DNA from: Octopus bimaculoides
Lineage: Eukaryota
DNA length: 64,000 bases
Assembly (NCBI RefSeq): GCF_001194135.2
Contig: NC_068997.1
Coordinates: forward strand, 12,171,692-12,235,691
Direction: 5' to 3'
Part shown: piece by piece, positions 54,096-64,000 of the stretch
How the letters are laid out: each line of letters starts with the position of its first letter
Position numbering within the stretch: position 1 is the stretch's first letter
The notes under the pieces: generated by a model
What the model was told of the DNA's origin: nothing
The model's database searches: none
What the model saw: only the letters and a program-made list of their open reading frames with translations
Translations under genes and position numbers: made by a program

Positions 54096-54187
<92 letters not shown>

Positions 54188-54720
54188 GTATTGTAATTGT
54201 TCATATTTCCAAAGAATATNNNNNNNNNNNNNNNNNNNNNNNNNNNNNNNNNNNNNNNNNNNNNNNNNNNNNNNNNNNNNNNNNNNNNNNNNNNNNNNNN
54301 NNNNNNNNNNNNNNNNNNNNNNNNNNNNNNNNNNNNNNNNNNNNNNNNNNNNNNNNNNNNNNNNNNNNNNNNNNNNNNNNNNNNNNNNNNNNNNNNNNNN
54401 NNNNNNNNNNNNNNNNNNNNNNNNNNNNNNNNNNNNNNNNNNNNNNNNNNNNNNNNNNNNNNNNNNNNNNNNNNNNNNNNNNNNNNNNNNNNNNNNNNNN
54501 NNNNNNNNNNNNNNNNNNNNNNNNNNNNNNNNNNNNNNNNNNNNNNNNNNNNNNNNNNNNNNNNNNNNNNNNNNNNNNNNNNNNNNNNNNNNNNNNNNNN
54601 NNNNNNNNNNNNNNNNNNNNNNNNNNNNNNNNNNNNNNNNNNNNNNNNNNNNNNNNNNNNNNNNNNNNNNNNNNNNNNNNNNNNNNNNNNNNNNNNNNNN
54701 NNNNNNNNNNNNNNNNNNNN

Positions 54721-54767
<47 letters not shown>

Positions 54768-55109
54768 TATATATGTATGTATATATGTATGTATATATAT
54801 ATACAATGTAACGACTTTAACATAGCTGCACAAACATATGTATTCACCCATGTATACAATCACGAACATTTACAAGCACGCGCGCACACAGCAGTATGCA
54901 GTCGTGTATACATGCTCTGCATATCAGTGTGTGCACATCATTTCCAGGAGTTGCACACAGAACACCCACATACTCCTATATATATATATATATACAAGTA
55001 TATATGTATATGTACACATTCCTTCACAAACGTGTGAAAACATATAAGTATTATACTTATATAAATATCATATTATACACACACACACACATATATGTAT
55101 ATATGTATG

Positions 55110-55140
<31 letters not shown>

Positions 55141-55699
55141 AATTTTTACATGCATATATACGTACATACATACGTAGAACGTTTGTTTTTGTTACATACT
55201 TTTGCAAATTGCGCGATCCATTACAATACTCGTAATAGAACAAAACCGATTTCATTAAACCGTCTGCTACTTATTATTCATGAACGTTGAACAGTCTTTT
55301 CAGATTACGTAGCTTGCTTAACCAGAAGTAACATTTCCTAAAGTTGAAAGTGAAGCCATTTTAGCATCTGTGCCAATCTTTTTTTTTTCCCACTCAAAGT
55401 CGTCATAGTCAATGGCTTGTTGTAAGTAGAAAAAAATTCTATCGGTATTTTCTACAAGTTAGAATATATTTCTTTTAATCTGAATTAGCTGTCACTTTAC
55501 ATGCTCAAGAATAACTATTTTCTCTAATATTATAATTAAAGTTGGCTCTCTTCTATTACATCTTTTCTTACCACTCCAATAAGTAATATTTATGTAGTAT
55601 GCAAGCGATAAGTAAATGAAATGTTTCCAATGCTAGTTTCAATCTACACCGAAGCTGGGTTACCGTCAGGACGGCGTTTCAATCACTCATATATATATA

Positions 55700-55987
55700 T
55701 GGCCTAGTGGTTAGGGTGTTGCATTTACGATCGCTAGATCTTGGTTTCAATTCCTAGACTGGGTGGTGTGTTGTATTCATCAGCAAAACACCTCATCTCA
55801 CGTTGCTTTGCGATCACTTCAACACCTGACGTGTGATACACCCGAGCACCCGTTCAGACAACGTCGATTTGTTGGAGAAAGAGAAATTGTGTACAGCATA
55901 TACACTTGATCACTATAAGCAAATCATTTGTGCAGCTCGTTCGGCAAAAGCTAAATACTAATACGTTGTCTTCGACGTGAGAGTCCG

Positions 55988-55989
<2 letters not shown>
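55700..55989 (+). mobile_element. tRNA-headed SINE, family D (head similar to family C, different body)
   Basis: TGGCCTAGTGGTTAGGGTG A-box-like and GGTTTCAATTCC B-box-like sequences; body after about 55790 does not match family C. Confidence 0.65.
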
Positions 55990-56025
<36 letters not shown>

Positions 56026-56364
56026 TTGTATGTATGTATGTTTATATATCAATATAAGATAAGAGAAGAAATGGAGCAACATGTAACAATTAGAAGTTGA
56101 TCATTCGTATTGAGTAATTATAGTTTAACCATAATTAAACTATGATGATTCAATACTCATGATCAACTTCTAATTGTTACGCGTTGTTCCAGTTCTTATC
56201 TTATCTGAATATATTAAACCACGGTTTACCCTTTAAACTACCAACTGCTGTTAACCTTACAGCAAGGCCTACACATAGTTAGGTAATGCACCAGTAGTGC
56301 CTCGGATACATTTATCCCTTAAGACGGTTGCATAACCTCTAACTCATAATTTCTCCATATATCA

Positions 56365-56397
<33 letters not shown>

Positions 56398-57199
56398 TGT
56401 ATATATACTTGGGCATAGACTGGTAGTTCAAATGATATTAGTGTATCGATAACTACTTATATCAGTAAATGCAACTGTTCATTGTATTCTCTTAGAAGAT
56501 TGTAGTCATTATAAGACTCTCTCTTTCTCACTCTACCGCTTTCTCTCTCTCTCTCTTTCCACCCATTTCTCTCTCTCTCTCTCTTTCACACACACACACA
56601 CACACACACACTTTGCTTCTGATATAGTGTTAACTTGTATGTTGCATTAGAATTGCTAGCAAACTCTCTGCTTTGACTAGTCTCATCAACCAAAGAGAAA
56701 CAGACATGATTGGCACCACCTAACTGAAATAGAAGTGAGAAAATCGACAGATTTTTCTTTTGAATCAGGTCTCTTCATCAACAGTTTCCAACCTGAATTT
56801 GCGACTGCTAAAGTTATTGGCTATTTTCTAGTGACTTTATGGTTTTTCACAACAAACATATGAATTACTATTGTTAATACGCACCCAGTTACATTTATAG
56901 TTTAAATCCCACCAAAGTGATCTTTGCCTGTCATCCTTTCACGTTTGATATAATAAAGTATTAATCAAGTATTGAGGTTGATGCAATCGAATTGGCCCCC
57001 TCCCACTCAAAACTGCTAGACTTAAAGACTGCAACAGACTGTCGCCCTGTTCAGAGGAATATTGTAATATTGGCCACTTGTACGAGATTGGGCACCTGCT
57101 AAACCGCCTTATGAGTCTTAAGGCTCAAGAGAAATTTTTGAAATCATTTAAAACTAGTAAAATTGTTCCATCATTTGGCGAGTACTTAATATTTGTAGT

Positions 57200-57588
57200 G
57201 TGGAGGCGCAATGGCCCAGTGGTTAGGGAAGCGGACTCGTGGTCATAGGATCGCGGTTTCGATTCCCAGACCGGGCGTTGTGAGTGTTTATTGAGCGAAA
57301 ACACCTAAAAGCTCCACGAGGCTCCGGCAGGAGATGGTGGCGAACCCTGCTGTACTCTTCCAGCACAACTTTCTCTCACTCTTACTTCCTGTTTCTGTTG
57401 TGCCTGTAATTCAAAGGGTCAGCCTTGTCACACTGTGTCACGCTGAATATCCCCGAGAACTACGTTAAGAGTACACGTGTGTGTGGAGTGCTCAGCCACT
57501 TGCACGTTAATTTCACGATCAGGCTGTTCCGTTGATCGGATGAACTGGAACCCTCGACGTCGTAAGCGACGGAGTGCCAACAACAACA
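57200..57588 (+). mobile_element. Full-length SINE family C with (CAA)n tail and TSD
   Basis: A-box TGGCCCAGTGG, B-box GGTTTCGATTCC, (CAA)n end; 12-bp TSD AATATTTGTAGT at 57188-57199 and 57589-57600. Confidence 0.93.
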
Positions 57589-57604
57589 AATATTTGTAGT
57601 ATAC

Positions 57605-57790
57605 AAGGCAGCGAACTGGCAGAATTGTCAGCAACGCTGGGGGAAATGCTTTGCGATATTTCATCTGTCCTCACGTTCTGAGCTCAAATTCTGCTGATGT
57701 CGACTTTAACTTTTGGGGTCGATAAAGTAAGAAGATATAATCGGCTTACCCCATCCCCGAAATTGCTGGCTTTCAGCCAAATTTTGAAAC
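57605..57790 (+). mobile_element. Degenerate SINE family A
   Basis: AAGGCAGCGAACTGGCAGAA..ACGTTCTGAGCTCAAATTCTGCTGATGTCGACTTT..GGGGTCGATAAA. Confidence 0.8.
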
Positions 57791-59409
57791 CAATAATTGT
57801 GACATACTGGTACCAAATTTTTGTAAAGTAATTTAAAACAAGACAGGATTCGAAACAGTTCACAAACAAAAGCTGAAAGTTTAACATTTTATGCTTGATA
57901 CTCTGCCATTTTCTAAACTCTACAGTGTGTCATCAAAGAAATATTGACTTGCTTCTGTCATACAAAATATATGTTCCGAATCGATTATTATTATTTTTCA
58001 GCTTGATTAGTGTATTGGAATAATTTCATTCAACTTCAAATGATATAATTTCTTCAAGAAATAATAAAATTCCTTAACTCCCAATTCCCATTGAACATTT
58101 CGTTAGATACAAAGTCCCAAATTCTCTGGAGGAAATATAATCATGTTAAATATTTTCATTGGTTAACTGAATTCAACCAAAATATATTTTAGCGTGAAAA
58201 GAATTGCAGCATAATAGATAAGGTTTGAAAGTAATCTATATATGAAACAATTCTGTTTGATACTATGTCAATAAACAATTTTATTGAGGAAGCAAAATTG
58301 AAGAAAATAAATACATGTTTACATCTGTTTTATTTCTCACGGCTTCTTAAAGACAGGATAATTTTTTTGTGTTGTTATGTCGTTTAGAAGATCCAAAAAT
58401 ACGACATATGCATCTAAAGATACGTCAAAACTGTTTTGAAAAGTAAAAGCAAAGTAAAATAGATAAATATAATAAAAGCATTTTATGTAATATTTTTCAA
58501 ATTCGATTTATCAAAAGAATTTATTCTATTTAATATTATATTCTCTAAATTATTTTCTATTCTTAAATAAAGAAAAAAAAATCGTTTAAAAATCTTGGCG
58601 CATTTAAAAAAATATATAAAACAATCAAATGAGAATTAATTTCCGAACTATTCAATGGAATAATATTGCAGTAAAAAAAAATGCAAATGTCTAATTATTC
58701 AAAAATAGATAACTGCAGACTTCTAGACAAATGGATATGTATGCAGTAGGCGTCACTATAAATAGTATGTCCAAAGAAGACGTCTTGGCTGAAATCCTAT
58801 TCTCTTTTACCATAATACAAAAAGATAAATTGCATCGATATTAAATCGTGTCACAGCTTGCTGAGTCAATGAAGTGTTATGAGGTGTACGATGCATGGGT
58901 AAAAGACAACGGTTGGTATCCAGTAATAAAAAGGAAAAAAATAATCTTGCGTGTGTCAGTGGTTTAATGGCTAATAGGATTGAAATCTTTAGTTTAGGAA
59001 CAAAGCTTCTGAGTTCTAATCCTGCCTCATCCTAGTATCATGTAGGTACCTTGGTATAAGCAACAAACATAACGATTAAAGATCAAACCGTTGTGCACAT
59101 TGTCTATTTCGTGTGTATAACAACAAGATTATTTTAGTCTCGCTCTAATATATTTCTCGCTAAATAATAAAGTATTAAAGTTTTTCAACATAAATATTAA
59201 ACCATTTTTCACATCTAAAGGCGCGATGAATTATCTGAACTTTATAATCGTAGAATATAGCCATAGATACCTTTTTAAAAAGACAGCTTAGCCAGAGTTT
59301 CAATGGATTTTCGTCGTAGGGTGATTCGATCGATACACCTGAGTGCCTCGCTGTATAATACTTCTCAATAAATAATAAAGTTTTTCGATTTTTTAATGTA
59401 AATACTAGT

Positions 59410-59600
59410 TTCAAATTTTGACACAAGGCCAGCGATTTCCGGAGACGGGTTAAGTCGATTACATCGACCTCAGTGCTCAACTGGTACTTATTTATTGACA
59501 CCGAAAACGTGAAAGGGAAAGTCGACCTCAGCGGAATTTGAATTCAGAACAAAAAGACGAACGAAATGCCGCTAAGCATTTTGCCCGACATGCTAACAGT
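59410..59600 (-). mobile_element. SINE family A, degenerate
   Basis: GTCGATTACATCGACCTCAGTGCTCAACTGGTAC..GTCGACCTCAGCGGAATTTGAATTCAGAAC..GCTAAGCATTTTGCCCG. Confidence 0.85.
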
Positions 59601-60069
59601 TATAACAATTTTTGTTTCTTTAATGATAACGTTAACCATTTGAATATTTATAGTTGTAGTTGTTGTGGTCTAATCTCCAATCTTATCTCGTTCCATAAAA
59701 CTATGAGCACATCTGTGAATTTCCCGTCTTCCTCCTCAGAAATGATATACACGGAATTCAGATTGATCTGAATCCATATAGTTACAAGAAAAATAACAAC
59801 GGTATACGCTAATTATATTTATATCAGTATACACGCACTATATATTTGTTCTTCACTCATTTATTGGTGTTTTTATTTCTTTTCTTTTAACTCACGTTCA
59901 TTGTCCGGAAATCTTTCATCACACATCTCTGACCTCATCAGCAACACTTTTCACTTCCGTAAACTCGGAGTTTTATCATGGCTACCGCACAAAAACCGCA
60001 TATATTTACAGATAAATTCGTCTAGTTATATAATATCGAGGTCTCTTTCTTTTGTTGTCCTTTCCATCA

Positions 60070-60100
<31 letters not shown>

Positions 60101-61849
60101 TTAAGTAAATCTTCATTTATTCTCTTTGCATTCTCAGATTCACTACTTGTTTGGAATAGTTGCGATTTATATATATATATATATANNNNNNNNNNNNNNN
60201 NNNNNNNNNNNNNNNNNNNNNNNNNNNNNNNNNNNNNNNNNNNNNNNNNNNNNNNNNNNNNNNNNNNNNNNNNNNNNNNNNNNNNNNNNNNNNNNNNNNN
60301 NNNNNNNNNNNNNAGATAGATAGATAGAAGTGAAGAGAGATAACACATTAACTGATGCAGCCGATAAAGTCAATTAACGTTTGTATCTCTTTGAAGTCAC
60401 GCACCAGGAACAAGGAATCCACAATTGAATTGAATGTATTGTGTTAATTGGGTGCTATATACGTGGTGATTCGCTCCAGGATTTCATTTCACTCTGACGC
60501 ATTTACTATACGTCTTGAAATACTACAGATCCACTCAAAACTGTAATGTCTGTTGCATCCAAAATATATCTCTCCACACTTATTACTGGAATTATCTCCC
60601 ATGATTGTTTTTTGTCGTGAATCTTTTTTTTTTTTTTTTTAGATATTTGAACATTTTTGTGAGTGTGTAATAATTTGAATAAATTCATTTGATCGAAATT
60701 TTTTAACTCACTTTATTACAAATGTGAGACCTCCAAATGTATCTGTCTTAGATATGTAGATTATGAATATCTTGTTGATAATCATAATCAGTATTACTAC
60801 ATTCCAGAAAATTTCTGATTATTTATCGATCACTCTTAACTTTACTAAATTGGTAGAACAGTTATCTCATTTGAAGATATTTACATTCCCCAGAGGGAGT
60901 TTTGTTTGCTAATTGATTGGATAATCTGAGTTCCAACTCACTATATCCTATATCTTATACCGACCGCATTTGTATTAATTTATAATGCAGATCGCTTGCT
61001 TCACTTATTTTTCTTGTCTATATTTCAGTTTTATCGTTTTCTGTCTGACATCCGCATATTCATAAACGAGGTATACGGAGAAGAGATTCTTGACACGACA
61101 AGTGATCGCAAAATCTGCGACAAAAGTAACAAATCTCCCTCAAATAACACCCTAATTTCTTAAAATAGGATTATCACTGCCTTGAAAAGAAACAATTTTG
61201 ATCAAATTGTAAATAAAGCAATAAGCTCCCCTTTTAAAATCCCGGTTTCTTTTTGGTTACCCATTGTAGTCCATGGTTTTTTCACCTTTTTAATTTTGAA
61301 AATGACGATGGAAGTTATTATCATGAACTCAGAACTTCTTCATTTCTATATTCTGGCAAAGAAAAAGATTTCTGTGGTTGCCTCAAGATAATTTGCCAAT
61401 ATCAGTAGGAAGCTTCAGTGAAATTAACGAGCGCTATTGTCAGAAATAACGAGTTCTGAATAAAAAAAGAAACTTAGATATCTACGATATTACAATATGA
61501 ATAATAGCAATTTTTATCATTGATATAACCACATACAGGTATTGCTATAGTTCCTAAGTAGATTCCAATACTCGACTCGCGCTTATCTTAAAGATTTCAG
61601 GAGGATTACGGTGTTTTTCGGCATACTAGCTATTTTTCATACCAAAATTTACAGCCAAAAAGTGGTGGGTTGTCTTATAACACTCTGGAGGACAAAAATT
61701 CCATACGAAATGCAGTAGGATTTGGAAAGATAAAGACGATGTTTCAATGCTTATATTACTTACAATGTCGAGGTGTATGCACGAAAGTATAGTAAAGACA
61801 AAAATCAACCTCGGTGAAACTTGAACACAGAAATGCATAACTAAGATTC

Positions 61850-62080
61850 TTATTTCTTTATTGCCCACAAGGAGCTAAACATAGAGGGGACAAACAAGAA
61901 GAGACAAAGGGATTAAGTCGATTACATCGACCTCAGTGCGTAACTGGTACTTAATTTATCGACCCCGAAAGGATGAAAGGCAAAGTTGACCTCGGCAGAA
62001 TTTAAACTCAGAACGTAACATCAGACGAAATACCAGTAAGCATTTCGTCCGGCGTGCTAACGATTCTGCCAGCTCAGCTC
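61850..62080 (-). mobile_element. SINE family A with an alternative 3' tail and an 18-bp TSD
   Basis: Perfect TSD AATGCATAACTAAGATTC at 61832-61849 and 62081-62098. Tail reads TCCCTTTGTCTCTTCTTGTTTGTCCCCCTCTATG..GGGCAATAAAGAAATAA. Confidence 0.93.
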
Positions 62081-62794
62081 AATGCATAACTAAGATTCAT
62101 TAGGTTGATATTTTCATTGACGTTTTTTTTTTCTTTTTGTGTCACATAACCACGCTGAAGGTTTCTTCTCTGAAATTTAGAGGACGAGTTATTCGATTAA
62201 ACACTATTTCAGCGCAATTTATTTTATCGTTCCCGGAGTGATGGAAGACAAAGTTCAGATTTGAACTCAGAGGTTAAACAAAAGGAAATAAAAATTCAGT
62301 AGGCATTTTTATTGATTCTCTGTCTTTCTGCCTCAATCATGTCATTTAAGATTTCTAGTAGTAAAGATATTTGACACAGGCGCAAACCACAACTTAGACA
62401 AAGAGACACAGTCGATTGAATTGATTTCCAGTGTATTGCTGGTGTTTATTTTGTAGTCCTCCTCCCGACACCGCCTTCAACATTTTTCATTATAAGCCAG
62501 TTGCGTCGACAGAAATATGCACATGAATGACAAACATTTTTATCTGTCATTTTGTTTTTTGCTATCCTATTACTTTTCTAACACACAAAAATCACCATCT
62601 TCAAGAAAAGAGATAATTTTCTTACAGAATCACACGATTGTTCAATACAATATTCTTTCGTACCTTTTCAAATAAACATTGAATTTAGTTTTGCCTCTGA
62701 GTGCTTGGGTACAGTGGCATGGAAAAAAGGGCATTGGGTTGACAGCGACGTTTCAACGTTGGTGAAAACGCCTTGCAGTACTTAAGTTCTGATC

Positions 62795-62945
62795 ATGCTA
62801 TTCGACAACGTATCATTTTTGTCCGTTCCTCTCGTGCGTCCGCCGACGACCGTCTCGCGGGCGGCTCTGGTTGTTGCAGCAAAGGGTGACACACGCACGC
62901 AAATCGGATCTGCTGCTGCTACCGCCCATCCTCCAGATTCGACAA
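62795..62945. other. Short CpG-rich, non-repetitive-looking patch
   Basis: CGTGCGTCCGCCGACGACCGTCTCGCGGGCGG: many CpGs in otherwise AT-rich DNA; no similar copy seen in the window. Confidence 0.45.
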
Positions 62946-63332
62946 AAATGAAGGGCCAAATAATTGCTAAGATCAATTTGTATTCTTAATGCACCTTAGA
63001 TACGACTATAATTACAATAAAGAAGATTCATTGAATTTATGCGAAATATTTTATTTTCAACTGTTTTCTATCAATCTAATCATCTAATCTACGCGCGTGT
63101 ATAGTATGGAGGTCACTGTATGTTGGCGTGGAACTGATAAACTAGTGAGGACACATTGAAGGTTTTTAACGGGTCCAAAATGTTGCCGTCTCTAACTTTA
63201 TTTTGTTCGTACGCTAAACAGACAACTGTGCATCATAGTGATTTCCTACGAACATTAACACCATGCTAAATTGGTATAGGCTAATTAATATGGCACCTTA
63301 AAATTATGGTTACTAACATTAACGACCTCAAT

Positions 63333-63548
63333 CTTTTCTACTAAAGGCACAAGGCCTGAAAATTGGGAGGGAGGTGACTAATTGATTACATCGACCCCAG
63401 TACGCAACTGGTACTTAATTTATCGACCTCCAAAAGGATGAAAAGCAAAGTCTACCTCGGCGGACTTCGAACTCAGAACGTAAAGACAGACGAAATGCCG
63501 CTAAGCATTTCGCCCAGCATTCTAACGATTCTGCCAGCCCGCCACCTT
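63333..63548 (-). mobile_element. SINE family A
   Basis: Full-length copy from CTTTTCTAC..GGCACAAGGCC to CTGCCAGCCCGCCACCTT. Confidence 0.9.
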
Positions 63549-63979
63549 CTTTATCGACCTCCATAAAGGAATGAAATCCAGGGTCATCCTTGTGGGGTGA
63601 CTTGATTACAGAACATAGAGCGGGGTTAGAATCATGTGAGATATTCAGCCAATTTAGTTGAGTAGCAGCTGACAATTGACTATCAAGTTACACTTTCAAA
63701 ATATATTGATTTCTTTCCATTAGCACAAGGACACTAATTATATGGGAAGAAGCATGATTAAAATGATTGAATTGTTTCAGTACACGATTGTAATTAATTT
63801 TGTTGATCCTGGAATAGTGAAATGCAAACTAATAACCTAGTTGGGCATAAAATGATGAGACTAAATAATGAGAGGTATTTCATCCGAAAGTCCACCATTT
63901 TCTTCTACACCACCGCCTTCATACATTTAATTTAATAAATATTGATTTTTAACACATGAACAAATTCAAAAATGTTTTG

Positions 63980-63996
63980 TGCGCATGCGAGGGCGG
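63980..63996. promoter_or_regulatory. NRF1-like palindrome plus GC box at the window edge (possible promoter start)
   Basis: TGCGCATGCG (63980-63989) next to GGGCGG (63991-63996). Motif match only; truncated by the window end. Confidence 0.3.
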
Positions 63997-64000
63997 TCGT

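Noticed and set aside
57200-57275. tRNA-like sequence with A and B boxes
   Set aside because: It is the head of a SINE with a (CAA)n tail and TSD, not a tRNA gene; the same applies to the family A, B and D heads.

Overview
This is AT-rich, repeat-dominated eukaryotic genomic DNA, not prokaryotic; I see no rRNA, tRNA gene, CRISPR array or operon. The SINE families and the heavy (TA)n/(CA)n/(TAGA)n/(TACA)n load point to a coleoid cephalopod, most likely Octopus (recognition, not a database result). There are 11 N-gaps, almost all flanked by (TA)n, so most long ORFs in the track are microsatellite or gap artefacts. Recognisable coding remnants are transposon-derived: an RTE-type LINE RT (YADD), two Tc1 elements, a mariner, a maT (DD37D), two Penelope-like GIY-YIG fragments, a Gypsy integrase with its 3' LTR, hAT-type and mariner-type MITEs, and about 20 tRNA-derived SINEs of at least four families. 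No intact host gene can be named. The best non-TE signals are (i) a tandem pair of decayed, hydrophobic minus-strand coding sequences at about 2.8-4.4 kb whose differences are mostly synonymous, (ii) a well-signalled candidate exon at 49141-49219, and (iii) a CpG-rich patch plus a promoter-like motif at the right edge. Structural oddities include a SINE dimer inside one TSD, SINE tail swapping, interleaved inverted repeats, a Tc1 with an internal inverted duplication, a doubled PPT, and a 98%-identical inverted SINE pair. I found no convincing new biological system; the leads below are modest.
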